From Tepidisphaera sp. (lineage in GTDB: Bacteria; Planctomycetota; Phycisphaerae; Phycisphaerales; UBA1924): a stretch of 64,000 nt of DNA. Below, piece after piece: positions 39,928 through 49,556 of this stretch. How positions within the stretch are numbered: position 1 is the first letter of the stretch; every line of letters starts with the position of its first letter. The position numbers and the translations under genes are program-made. The stretch lies in NCBI GenBank assembly GCA_050916045.1, contig CP051526.1:1824001-1888000 (forward strand). The letters run 5' to 3'. The notes below the pieces were generated by a model that saw only the letters and a list, made by a program, of their open reading frames with translations, did no database searches and was not told the DNA's origin.

Positions 39928-41037
39928 TTACCGGAGGGGGACGCGGACGGTTGTGGTTTCGCCCGCGACGACCGCGATTTCGATCCGGCCCGCGCCGACG
40001 CCGCGCTTGGCGGCTTCGATCACGTAGTTGCCGGGGTTGAGATTCGCGAAGGAGAAGCTGCCATCACGGCCGGAGGTCGCCGTCGCGACGACGTTGCCCC
40101 GGTTGAGGATGGTGACGGTGGCTCCGCCGACCACGCCAGCTTCGCTGACCGTCACGCCGCGGACCGCGCCGACGCGGGCGACCGGCTGGATCTCGATCAT
40201 GGCCCGGACCGACTGGCCCGCGACGACGTTGGCCCGGGTCGAACCCTCGCCGACGCCGCGCTTGGACGCCGTCAGGCCGTACGTGCCGGGGCGGAGGTTG
40301 CGGAAGCCGTAGCGGCCCGTCTCGTCCGTCAGCACGCGGGCGATCTCGCCGGTCGAGTCACGAAGCACGACCGTCGCGCCGGGAACCACCTGGCCGTCGG
40401 TCGTCCGGACGAGGCCCACGATGTGGCCGGTCTCAACGACGACCGGACGGAGAGCAACACGAATGCGGGAGACTTCACCGGCGGTCACGACGACCTCGGC
40501 TTCGCCGCGGCCGACGCCGCGCTTCGCGGCTTGAAGGGTGTACGTGCCGGGAGCGAGGTTGCGGAAACCGAACCGGCCATCCTCGGAGCTTTCCGCCCGG
40601 GCGACGACCGTGCCCCGGCGGCTGAGGATGACCTGTGCCCCGCCAATTGCTCCGTCAGCGTTGACCGTGATCCCCGAGATGGCTCCGGGATCGCGCTGGT
40701 CGCTGACCAAAGCGATGCGGACGCTGATGGACTGGCCGGCCCGCAGCGAAACCGCCGCAGCGCCCTGCCCGACGCCTTCCTTCATGGCATGAAGCCGGTA
40801 CCGACCGGCGGCGACGCGGGGGAACGAGAACTCGCCGCTGGCGTTCGTCAACGTTCGAGCGACCGGCCCGGTTTCATTCACAAGGACGACGGACGCACCC
40901 TCGACCGCGGCGCGATCGGCGTACACGACGCCTTGGATCGCCCCGGCTTGCGCGAGGGCGGTGTGGGCGGGGAGCAGCATGGCCATCGCGGCCAGAACCA
41001 GAGAAAGGAGCGACGCAATGGAACCTCGGCGATTCAT
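39928..41037 (-). CDS. Secreted protein of four carboxypeptidase-regulatory-like (transthyretin-like Ig) repeats
   Basis: Four ~85-aa units GxIxGxV...GAxV.L...G.F.F.NL.PG.Y.L.A.KRGVG; signal peptide. Confidence 0.85.
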   Translation of the reverse strand: MNRRGSIASLLSLVLAAMAMLLPAHTALAQAGAIQGVVYADRAAVEGASVVLVNETGPVARTLTNASGEFSFPRVAAGRYRLHAMKEGVGQGAAAVSLRAGQSISVRIALVSDQRDPGAISGITVNADGAIGGAQVILSRRGTVVARAESSEDGRFGFRNLAPGTYTLQAAKRGVGRGEAEVVVTAGEVSRIRVALRPVVVETGHIVGLVRTTDGQVVPGATVVLRDSTGEIARVLTDETGRYGFRNLRPGTYGLTASKRGVGEGSTRANVVAGQSVRAMIEIQPVARVGAVRGVTVSEAGVVGGATVTILNRGNVVATATSGRDGSFSFANLNPGNYVIEAAKRGVGAGRIEIAVVAGETTTVRVPLR

Positions 41038-41220
41038 AAACCTCTCCTTTGAGCTATCCAGGACAGCGGAAAAAGGCGGAACGCCCGGCCGGGAGGCCGT
41101 TGACCGAGTCACAACGAGAGCAACAAACCCTGATTGCCTCGACCTCGTGAATTCCCAACGAAACCGTGGGAATCCTTGGGTCTGTACACATGAAAGTACC
41201 CAGAATCGGGTTTCAGAAGG

Positions 41221-41718
41221 TCACCGGGCCCGGCGGGAGGTCGCCCGGTCCAGGTCTCGCTTGCTCTCCCGCTCGGCGATGGACTGACGCTTGTCGTGCG
41301 CCTGTTTGCCCTTGCCAAGCCCGATCAGCACCTTGGCGAACCCATCCTTGAAGTAGATCTTCAGCGGGACGAGCGTGAACCCCTTCTCCGACGTCTGCCG
41401 GGCGAACTTGCGGATTTCCTTCTTATGGGCCAAGAGCAAGCGGGCCCGCTTGGAGTTGATCGGTCGGCCGGAAGCGGGGCCGTAGGGCTCGATGTTGATG
41501 CCGAAGACCGTGAGCTCGGGAGGTTCGGCCTGCGCGCGCACGTAGCCGTCGATGATCTGGACGCGGCCGTCGCGCATTGACTTGACCTCCGGCCCCTGCA
41601 GTTTGATCCCGCATTCGAGCGTGTCCGAAATGAGATAGTCGTGCCGGGCTTTGCGGTTCTCGATGACGCGTGAAGCGTCCGCGTCGTGCTTGGATTTGGG
41701 TCCGGGCTTCTTCGCCAT
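41221..41718 (-). CDS. smpB: SsrA-binding protein
   Basis: NRKARHDY, ECGIKLQGPEVKS, LLLAHKKEI, TLVPLKIYFK, HDKR. Confidence 0.96.
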   Translation of the reverse strand: MAKKPGPKSKHDADASRVIENRKARHDYLISDTLECGIKLQGPEVKSMRDGRVQIIDGYVRAQAEPPELTVFGINIEPYGPASGRPINSKRARLLLAHKKEIRKFARQTSEKGFTLVPLKIYFKDGFAKVLIGLGKGKQAHDKRQSIAERESKRDLDRATSRRAR

Positions 41719-41839
41719 TGCGGAAGGGTAGGGGACTCACGGGGCCATCCGAAGCTCGGGTCAACGCTCTTCCGGTCTCAGGCGTCACCGCGAGCAATAA
41801 TGCAAGCCCGGGTTTTGAGGTGCGGTGTCTGGAGTCTGC

Positions 41840-44800
41840 ATGAACAAGTCGACCATCGCGGCGCTGATGTCCTTCCTCGTTCTGACCGCCGGTCAGGTGT
41901 GCGGGCAGACGGCGCAGCCCGAGCCGCCGCCCGTCCCGCCGGTGGTGGACAAGGACGGCAAGCCGGTCCCCGCCCACACGGCGCTGCAGCCCGCGACAGA
42001 GCCGGCAAAGGAGCCCTCCAAAGACCTCGGGGCGTGGGACGTCGCCAATCCGCCGACCGACGGGTCCGCGGGCGGCTGGGGGTGGCACGATGTCACGCTC
42101 AACACCGACACCGGCACGTGGATGACCCTCGATGTCTCGCCGGACGGGACCACCATCGTGTTCGACATGCTCGGGGACATCTACACGATGCCCATCGGAG
42201 GCTCGGCGGACGGTTCCGGGGTCAAGTGCATCGCGGAGGGGATCCAGTGGGACATGCAGCCGCGGTTCAGCCCCGACGGCAAGTGGATCGCGTTTGTCTC
42301 CGACCGCACCGGCTCAAACGGCAAGGGCGGCGACAACATCTGGGTCATGAAAGCCGACGGCTCGGGCCTTCGTCAGATTACCAAGGAGTCCTTCCGCCTC
42401 GTCACCCAGCCGATCTGGACCCCGGACGGGCAGAACATCATCGCTCGCAAGCACTTCACCAGCCGTCGCAGCCTGGGCGCTGGCGAAATGTGGATGTGGC
42501 ACGTCTCCGGCAAGACCGACGGCCTGCAACTGACCGCCAAGACCAGCGAGCAGAAGGACACCGGCGAGCCCGCGATTTCTCGCGACGGCAGGTATCTCTA
42601 CTACAGCCTCGACGCTTCGGGCGGGTCCAACTTTGAGTACGACAAGGACGGCAACGCGGGGATCTACGCGATCGATCGGCTTGACCTTGTCACCCGCCAG
42701 ACGGATCGCATCATCGCGGGCCCCGGCGGAGCGTGCCGCCCGGTCCCCTCGCCCGACGGCAAGAGCATCGCGTTCGTCCGGCGCGTGCGCTATGTCTCGA
42801 CGCTTTTCGTCATGGATCTCGCCAGCGGCCAGACGCGCGTGCTCAGCGAGAACATGGAACGCGACAACCAGGAGACCTGGGCTGTCCACGGCGTCTACCC
42901 CAACATGGCGTGGACGCCCGACGGCTCGGCGCTCGTCTACTGGGCCAAGGGCAAGATCTGGAAGGTCACGGCGGCGGGCGGCAAGCCTGAGAACATCCCG
43001 TTCCGCGTGAAGTCGACCCGAAAGATCGCAAACGCCGTGCGGTCGACCATCGAGGTCGCTCCCGAAAAGTTCGACGTCAAGATGATGCGGAACGTCCGCG
43101 TCTCGCCCAAGGGCGACCGGGTTGTCTTCCAGGCTCTCGGTCATCTCTACATTGCCGATCTCAAGGACGGCGCGGCCGGCGAACCCCGCCGCGTCACGAA
43201 AGCCACCGACGAATTCGAGTTTGATCCCGCGTGGTCGCCCGAAGGTCTGCGCATCGCGTACATCTCGTGGAACGACGACCGGCTCAACACCGTCCGCATC
43301 GTGAACGTCGCGACGGGCGTTGCGACCGACATCACGGTCGAGCCCGGCCACTACACCGATCCCGCGTTCAGCCACGACGGGATGAACCTCGCGTACGTCA
43401 AGACCGGCGGCGGGTACATCACTTCGCCGCTTTGGGGCCGGGACCCCGGCGTGTATGTCGCGTCCGGCCTCAATCGGGACGCTCCGATGAGCGTGGGCCG
43501 CGTCAGCACGCGGGGGAGCAATCCGCAGTTCGGAGCCGACAGCCAGCGGGTGCTCATCACCGTCCGCGACGGCGGCTCGGATTCCGACAAGGTCTCGCTG
43601 GTCAGCGTGCCGATCACGGGCGTCACGCCGCAGGAGCAGGAGCGGGTCATCGCTCGGAGCGACTGGGCGACCGAGTTCACGGTGTCGCCCGACGGCAAGT
43701 GGCTTGCCTTCGCCGAACGATTCAATGTCTACGCGACGCCGATGCAGGGCCTTGGCGTGGGGAAAGCAATCGACCTCTCGCCGACGGCGAACTCCGTGCC
43801 GGTGGTCAAGCTCTCCTCGCAAGCCGGCAACGGCATCCACTGGGCTTCGGATTCGGCTTCCCTCCACTGGTCGATCGGGCCGGAGGTCTTCACGCAGAAG
43901 GTCGGCGAGGCGCTCCGCGCCGCAGGGTTTGAGCCTGAGGTCGTCGCCGAGCCGGTGAAAGCCAGCTCGATCAAGATCGCGATGTCCCGCGCGTCCGACA
44001 CGCCCAAAGCCGCCGACGGCTCTTCGGTCGTCACCGCGTGGACCAACGTCAAGATCCTGACCGCCGCCGACGGCCCGACCGGCCGCGGCCTGGGTGTCAT
44101 CGATCGCGGCGTGATCGTCGTGACCGGCAATCGCATCACGGCGGTTGGGCCGGCGGACTCGACGAAGATTCCCGCGGGCGCGACGGTGGTCGACGGCAGG
44201 GGCGGGGTGATCATGCCCGGCATCGTCGATGTTCACTTCCACGGCGCTCAGGGTGAGCACGGCGTCACCCCGCAGCGGAACTGGATCAACCACGCCAACC
44301 TCGCCTTCGGCGTGACAACCCTTCACGACCCGAGCAACGACACCGAGTCGATCTTCGCGGCTTCCGAGCTTCAGAAAGCCGGCATGATCCTCGCCCCGCG
44401 GATCTACTCCACCGGGACGATCCTGTACGGCGCGACGGGAGCGTTCAAAGCCGAGATCGAGTCCCTCGACGATGCGATCTTCCACACCAAACGCATGCAG
44501 GCCGTCGGCGCCTGGAGCGTCAAAAGCTACAACCAGCCCCGCCGCGATCAGCGGCAGATGGTCCTCGAAGCCGCCCGTCGCCTTGGCATGATGGTCGTCC
44601 CCGAGGGCGGCGCGCTCTACCAGCACAACATGACGATGGTCGTCGACGGGCACACCACCGTCGAGCACACGATCCCCGTCGGCCGCGTCTACGGCGATGT
44701 CACCACCATGTGGGGCGCGAGCGCCACCGGCTACACCCCGACGCTCGTCGTCGCGTACGGCGGCATGGGCGGCGAAAACTACTGGTACGCCAAGACGAAC

Positions 44801-45439
44801 GTCTGGGAGAACCAGCGGCTGATGAGCTTCGTGCCGCGGTACGTCGTGGACCCGCGTTCGCGTCGCCGCGTCGACGCTCCCGATGTCGAGTGGAACCACA
44901 TCGAACAGTCCAGGGTCGCCAAAGCCGTGCTTGACGCCAAGGAAGCGGACCTCTTCAAGAACAAGGACATCAAGCTGCCCGGCGGCGGCCCCAGCCTCGG
45001 GGCCCACGGCCAGATGGCGGGGATCGGCCCGCACTGGGAGCTTTGGATGTTCGAGCAGGGCGGGATGACCCCGCTTGAGTCCATCCGCGCGGCCACGATC
45101 GACGGGGCCCGGTCGCTCGGGCTCGACAAGGACATCGGGTCGATCGAGGTGGGCAAGCTCGCGGACTTCCTCTTGCTCGCCAAGGACCCCTCCGAGAGCC
45201 TGCGCAACTCCGAGACCATCACGAAGGTGGTGCTCAACGGCCGGATCTACGACGCGGCCACGCTCGCGGAACTGACCCCCGGCGGGGGCGGCCTCAATCC
45301 CGGCACCCGGCCCATCTACTTCTTCGAAGCTCTCCAGAAGGGAAGCGGCACGCCGATGGCGATCGAAGCGATCATGCGGCAGGCGGCCGAAAGCGGCGGC
45401 TTCTGTCACGGCTGCGGTCGTTCGCACGTTTCGCCCTGA
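41840..45439 (+). CDS. Secreted TolB-like (PD40) beta-propeller + amidohydrolase
   Basis: Repeated P..SPDG..IAF units; MPGIVDVHFH, GVTTLHDP, IGSIEVGKLAD. Confidence 0.9.
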   Translation: MNKSTIAALMSFLVLTAGQVCGQTAQPEPPPVPPVVDKDGKPVPAHTALQPATEPAKEPSKDLGAWDVANPPTDGSAGGWGWHDVTLNTDTGTWMTLDVSPDGTTIVFDMLGDIYTMPIGGSADGSGVKCIAEGIQWDMQPRFSPDGKWIAFVSDRTGSNGKGGDNIWVMKADGSGLRQITKESFRLVTQPIWTPDGQNIIARKHFTSRRSLGAGEMWMWHVSGKTDGLQLTAKTSEQKDTGEPAISRDGRYLYYSLDASGGSNFEYDKDGNAGIYAIDRLDLVTRQTDRIIAGPGGACRPVPSPDGKSIAFVRRVRYVSTLFVMDLASGQTRVLSENMERDNQETWAVHGVYPNMAWTPDGSALVYWAKGKIWKVTAAGGKPENIPFRVKSTRKIANAVRSTIEVAPEKFDVKMMRNVRVSPKGDRVVFQALGHLYIADLKDGAAGEPRRVTKATDEFEFDPAWSPEGLRIAYISWNDDRLNTVRIVNVATGVATDITVEPGHYTDPAFSHDGMNLAYVKTGGGYITSPLWGRDPGVYVASGLNRDAPMSVGRVSTRGSNPQFGADSQRVLITVRDGGSDSDKVSLVSVPITGVTPQEQERVIARSDWATEFTVSPDGKWLAFAERFNVYATPMQGLGVGKAIDLSPTANSVPVVKLSSQAGNGIHWASDSASLHWSIGPEVFTQKVGEALRAAGFEPEVVAEPVKASSIKIAMSRASDTPKAADGSSVVTAWTNVKILTAADGPTGRGLGVIDRGVIVVTGNRITAVGPADSTKIPAGATVVDGRGGVIMPGIVDVHFHGAQGEHGVTPQRNWINHANLAFGVTTLHDPSNDTESIFAASELQKAGMILAPRIYSTGTILYGATGAFKAEIESLDDAIFHTKRMQAVGAWSVKSYNQPRRDQRQMVLEAARRLGMMVVPEGGALYQHNMTMVVDGHTTVEHTIPVGRVYGDVTTMWGASATGYTPTLVVAYGGMGGENYWYAKTNVWENQRLMSFVPRYVVDPRSRRRVDAPDVEWNHIEQSRVAKAVLDAKEADLFKNKDIKLPGGGPSLGAHGQMAGIGPHWELWMFEQGGMTPLESIRAATIDGARSLGLDKDIGSIEVGKLADFLLLAKDPSESLRNSETITKVVLNGRIYDAATLAELTPGGGGLNPGTRPIYFFEALQKGSGTPMAIEAIMRQAAESGGFCHGCGRSHVSP

Positions 45440-45786
45440 TCGGCTCGCTCGAAACCCCGTGAGTGGACATCATGCGAACTGACACCTACCATCTGGCTCA
45501 AGCCAGTGGCCTCAGTCTTTCTCGCGCCTCTCGGACACTGTCCTCAGGAGGCTTGGAGCGTTCTGGGAATCTGCTGGCGGCCCCGCCTCTGACGCATGAC
45601 GCGTTCCGGCTGGGCTGAGCAGTGCTCCCCGGGCGGGCCCAAGCGGCCCAGCCTTCGCGGGAGCGACCAGTACGGCCTTGCTTGTCCCAATTGTGTTGGT
45701 GCAAGGAACGCCCGAAACACACGGCTTTCGCCGCGCGGTGGTCTCTCTTTGACCCCCCTCCGGAGAAAGCGTGAGGAGCTTTCGTT

Positions 45787-47490
45787 TTGACGACCGATCC
45801 GATTCTGTTCTCTTCTCTCAACCTCGCCCCGCAGATCCTCGAGACCGTCGAGGCCGAGGGCTACACGACGCCGACGCCCATCCAGGCCAAGACCATCCCC
45901 GCCACGCTGCTGGGACGCGATGTGCTCGGCTGCGCCCAGACGGGCACCGGCAAGACGGCCGCGTTCGCCCTGCCGATCCTGCACAAGCTTCTGACCTCCC
46001 CGCGGGACAAGTCCCACCGGGGCCGTCCGCTCGCCCGCGTCCTGATCCTCTCGCCCACGCGCGAGCTTGCGACGCAGATCGCCGAGAGCTTCAAGACCTA
46101 CGGCAAGAACACGGGCGTCTCGGGCACGACGATCTACGGCGGCGTGAGCCAGCGCGGCCAGGTCCGCGACCTTGAGCGGGGCATCGACGTGATCGTCGCG
46201 ACCCCGGGCCGCCTGCTTGACCTCATGGAGCAGGGGCACGTCGACCTCTCGGGGATCACGACCTTCGTCCTGGACGAAGCCGACCGCATGCTCGACATGG
46301 GGTTCATCACGCCCATCCGCGATATCGCCCGCAAGATCCCCAAGGAAGGCCGCCAGACGCTCCTCTTCTCGGCGACGATGCCCAAGGAGATCCAGCACCT
46401 GGCCGAGTCGCTCCTGACGGACCCGGTCCGCGTCTCGGTCACGCCGGTCGCCTCCGCGGCCCCGATGATCGAGCAGCGGCTCTTCATGGTGCCGCGTCAG
46501 CAGAAGCTCGGTCTGCTCATGCACCTCATCGAGCAGGAGAAGGTCCAGCGGGCGGTGGTCTTCAGCAAGACCAAGCACGGCGCGGACAAGCTCTGCAAGC
46601 GGCTGGTCCAGCTCGGCGTCACCGCGACGGCGATCCACGGGAACAAAGCCCAGAATCAGCGCGACCGGGCCCTCGATGCGTTCAAGATGGGCCGCGTCCG
46701 CGTGCTCGTGGCGACCGACGTCGCCGCCCGCGGCCTGGACGTCGACCACATCTCGCACGTCTTCAACTTCGACCTCCCGATGGAGCCCGAGGCCTACGTC
46801 CATCGCATCGGCCGCACGGGCCGCGCGGGGGCGACGGGGATCTCGATCTCCTTCTGCGATGGGGAAGAACGCGACCTGCTGCGGCAGATCGAGCGCCTGA
46901 CGAACAAGAAGATCCCGATGTTCCCGCTTCCGACGGGCGTGGCTCTCAATATCCCGCTCCGGGACCCCAACGCGACGCTCGAAGAGCGTGAACGCGAGTG
47001 GGGCGGCCACCCCGAGCGGCAGTTCCACCCGGTCCAGCGTCACCTCCGCGAGCGGCACGATCACCCGGAGGCAGGCCAGGGCCACCGGGTCCCGCCGCAC
47101 CGTCCCGAGCACCCGTTGAACGCGGGAAGCGGTGGGGGCGGTGGTGGAAGCGGTGGGGGTGGTGGGGGCCAGAGGCTGCACGGCTTTGGCGGGGGCGAGA
47201 TGGAGCGTCCCTTCCGGTCCCCTCCGCCCAAGCGGCCGGGGATGCAGGGTGACCGCAGGCGGTCCGGGCCGGGCTCTTCCGGACATGGGTCGGGCGGCGG
47301 GGGCTATGGCTCCGGCGGGTCCGGCTCTTCGGGCGGCCATGGTGGGGGCGGTGGGGGTGGTGGTGGGGGTTATTCCTCGCAGCGGGGCGGCTCGAACGCT
47401 TCCAACTCCGCCTTCGGCGACAAGAACACCAAAGACAAGGGCAAGCCCAAGTGGGCGAGCGCCGGCAAGGGCAAGCCGCGGGGCAGGTAG
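45787..47490 (+). CDS. DEAD-box RNA helicase (RhlE-like) with Gly/Ser-rich basic tail
   Basis: Q motif PTPIQ, AQTGTGKT, PTRELA, TPGRL, DEAD, SAT, HRIGRTGR; TTG start with GAGGAG SD. Confidence 0.94.
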   Translation: MTTDPILFSSLNLAPQILETVEAEGYTTPTPIQAKTIPATLLGRDVLGCAQTGTGKTAAFALPILHKLLTSPRDKSHRGRPLARVLILSPTRELATQIAESFKTYGKNTGVSGTTIYGGVSQRGQVRDLERGIDVIVATPGRLLDLMEQGHVDLSGITTFVLDEADRMLDMGFITPIRDIARKIPKEGRQTLLFSATMPKEIQHLAESLLTDPVRVSVTPVASAAPMIEQRLFMVPRQQKLGLLMHLIEQEKVQRAVVFSKTKHGADKLCKRLVQLGVTATAIHGNKAQNQRDRALDAFKMGRVRVLVATDVAARGLDVDHISHVFNFDLPMEPEAYVHRIGRTGRAGATGISISFCDGEERDLLRQIERLTNKKIPMFPLPTGVALNIPLRDPNATLEEREREWGGHPERQFHPVQRHLRERHDHPEAGQGHRVPPHRPEHPLNAGSGGGGGGSGGGGGGQRLHGFGGGEMERPFRSPPPKRPGMQGDRRRSGPGSSGHGSGGGGYGSGGSGSSGGHGGGGGGGGGGYSSQRGGSNASNSAFGDKNTKDKGKPKWASAGKGKPRGR

Positions 47491-47598
47491 CCTCATTCCC
47501 GCCGCGACCTTCGGCTCTTTCCTAGGTTTCGGGCGGCCGTCCGCCCGGATCATCGGCATCAGGCTTCCGGCCTGAGACGTCCCTTTCGCGACACCGAT

Positions 47599-47657
47599 CA
47601 AGCACCCAAGCACCAAGCACCCGTGACGCGGCCTCGCCGCCTGCACGGGTGCTTGGT
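47599..47657. repeat. CAAGCAC tandem units running into a perfect 14-bp inverted repeat
   Basis: CAAGCAC x3; ACCAAGCACCCGTG (47612-47625) / CACGGGTGCTTGGT (47644-47657) between convergent genes. Confidence 0.7.
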
Positions 47658-47705
47658 TCGCTTTTGGGGTCTCTCGCCCCGCCCGGCGGCGCGGCGGGGC
47701 CCGGC

Positions 47706-48386
47706 CTAGGCGGCCATGCTGAGGGTCGTGACGGTGACGCCCCCGCTCCCGAGGGTCACGACGAAGACCGGGCTCTCTTCGCCGAGCACTTCGCCCCGCT
47801 GCCCTTGGATGATGTACTGGATGTTGTTCGCGTTGGCGGGCAGGGTCACATCCGTGAACTCCTTGTACCCGCGTGCGTCTCCGCGGCCGCTGCCGGTGGT
47901 CCCGATGAGCGCGAAGCCGCTCTGGCCCGGGAGCTTGCGCTTGACCAGATACACCGTCGAGCCCCCGGGGCTGATGGCCCTGAACCGCAGCGTGACGCTT
48001 CCGGTCGAGCCCAGGTACGCCACGATGTCCTGCGGCTGGCTCGGGGGCGGCGCGGGGGTGGGCGGCTGCGGCGGGGGGATCTGCGCGATCACGTAGACGT
48101 TGGGGTTGTTGGTGATTTCGGCGAACGCCTTGATCGACGCGACCCCTTCGGAGAGGAGCGACACCATCGCGGCCCGGCTGGTGGCCAGCGCGCCCGTCGC
48201 CGCCTTGGACGCCTGGCGCGCCGCTTCGGCGTTGTCGAATTTCAGGCGGCAATCGGCGACGGCGGCCTTGATCGCGGTGGCTTGCGGCCCTGTCAAACCA
48301 ATCAGGAGCGCTTGACTGACCCAGAGGTCATCGTGCTGCTCGCCGAAGATGATCTGCTCGATGATGCGGTCGGGAATGACGCCCAT
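47706..48386 (-). CDS. Hypothetical protein: helical N-domain, Pro-rich linker, FN3-like beta domain
   Basis: AAGGAG SD before MGVIPD; Ala-rich helices, IPPPQPPTPAPPP, VTLRF..YLVKRK..FTDVT..YIIQGQRG. Confidence 0.75.
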   Translation of the reverse strand: MGVIPDRIIEQIIFGEQHDDLWVSQALLIGLTGPQATAIKAAVADCRLKFDNAEAARQASKAATGALATSRAAMVSLLSEGVASIKAFAEITNNPNVYVIAQIPPPQPPTPAPPPSQPQDIVAYLGSTGSVTLRFRAISPGGSTVYLVKRKLPGQSGFALIGTTGSGRGDARGYKEFTDVTLPANANNIQYIIQGQRGEVLGEESPVFVVTLGSGGVTVTTLSMAA

Positions 48387-48518
48387 GGGAGGCTCCTTGC
48401 CCGGGCTCGCGCCCCCTACGCGGGGCCCCCGTGCCCGGGGTGTGCTGTTGTTCCTCGTCCCCGCCGTCCGCCGCACTCCACATTCACGCGGCACACCGAT
48501 GTGCTTCTTTTCTAGGAC

Positions 48519-48560
48519 CACCCTCGCACCCCTGAACTCCCCGGTTGCGTTCCTCAACCC
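48519..48560 (-). repeat. Two degenerate inverted copies of the 21-bp repeat unit
   Basis: Minus strand reads GGGTTGAGGAACGCAACCGGG then GAGTTCAGGGGTGCGAGGGTG; the first core matches array copy 6 (TTGAGGAGCGCAA) at 12/13. Confidence 0.55.
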
Positions 48561-49283
48561 TTAGCCCACTTTCCTCACGGAGCCCCGCTTGGCTTTCTGG
48601 TGCGTCTGGGGGGTGACGTGGAAGGTCGCGACGACCCGCCCGACGCGGCGGTCCTTGCTTGCCATCTTCTCCATCAGGGCTTTCTTGCGATCCCCCGCGT
48701 CTCCCTTGCCCACCACGGCCCCCACGGTGTTCTTGACGACCTTGGGGAGGACCGCCTGCTGGATCACGTCCATCTCGACCGTGAGGTTGAACTCCTCCCC
48801 GGCGTCGAGCAACCCCTGGAGCTGGTCGTTGGGGACCACCTTGTACAGCGCGGGCCCCAGGCACGGGCGGAGGAACTTGTACGTCAGCTCCTTGCAGACG
48901 ATGGTCCACTCGCCGCCGGTGATCCCGAAGATGTACATCCCCCCCGCGATCTCGGCGTTGCCGAGGAGAGCGGCCCCGGCCATCGCGTTGTACCAGTTGC
49001 GGTTAAACCGCCGGAAGGGAAGCTCGGCCGCGAAGGTCTTGTCATCCAGCCGCCGCATCCGGATCCCCGAGCGGAAGGCATAGGGAAGCCAGACCATGGA
49101 ACAGACCCGGTGCCAGAAGTTGCTGGTGCTGGAGAGACGGGCGATCCACTGCTCGAAGCGGTCCATCCACGACAGCTTGACGGCGGGAACCGCCGACGGC
49201 ACGGCGACATCGGCCGCCTGCCCGGTCGGGGGCAGCGGGGCACGGCTGGGGTGGGGGTCGTGTTCGAGGTTCGCCTGGGACAC
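48561..49283 (-). CDS. Hot-dog-fold protein (DUF4442/PaaI-like)
   Basis: PYAFRSGIR..AELP..NRNWYNAMAGAAL..KELTYKFLRP; GTG start 49283 preceded by TACAGT. Confidence 0.7.
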   Translation of the reverse strand: MSQANLEHDPHPSRAPLPPTGQAADVAVPSAVPAVKLSWMDRFEQWIARLSSTSNFWHRVCSMVWLPYAFRSGIRMRRLDDKTFAAELPFRRFNRNWYNAMAGAALLGNAEIAGGMYIFGITGGEWTIVCKELTYKFLRPCLGPALYKVVPNDQLQGLLDAGEEFNLTVEMDVIQQAVLPKVVKNTVGAVVGKGDAGDRKKALMEKMASKDRRVGRVVATFHVTPQTHQKAKRGSVRKVG

Positions 49284-49338
49284 CGGGGGAACTGTAGGGG
49301 GACAGGGCCGGGGGGTGTGGGGGGAAGGGACGCGACCC

Positions 49339-49506
49339 CCGCCTTGCGGAGCGCCAGCCAAGGGTTGCGGAGCGCAAGGGTCGGGTTGAGAAGCGCAAGC
49401 CACGGGTTGCGGAGCGCAAGGGCCGGGTTGCGGAGCGCAACCGCCACCTTGAGGAGCGCAAGCCAAGGGTTGCGGAGCGCGCCCGCCACCTTGCGGAGCG
49501 CAAGCC
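49339..49506 (+). repeat. 8 x 21-bp tandem array with quasi-palindromic core TTGCG-GAG-CGCAA
   Basis: Cores start at 49344, 49365, 49386, 49407, 49428, 49449, 49470, 49491; 8-nt variable linkers. Confidence 0.92.
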
Positions 49507-49556
49507 AAAGCGGATCACCGCTCGCTCGGGCGGGGCCGCAGGATTCCAGCTCCAGA

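Noticed and set aside
47120..47400. GGT/GGC-rich repeat tract
   Set aside because: Encodes the ordinary Gly/Ser-rich tail of the DEAD-box helicase.
49339..49506. CRISPR array
   Set aside because: The 13-nt repeat and 8-nt linkers are far too short, linkers recur, and there are no cas genes in the window.
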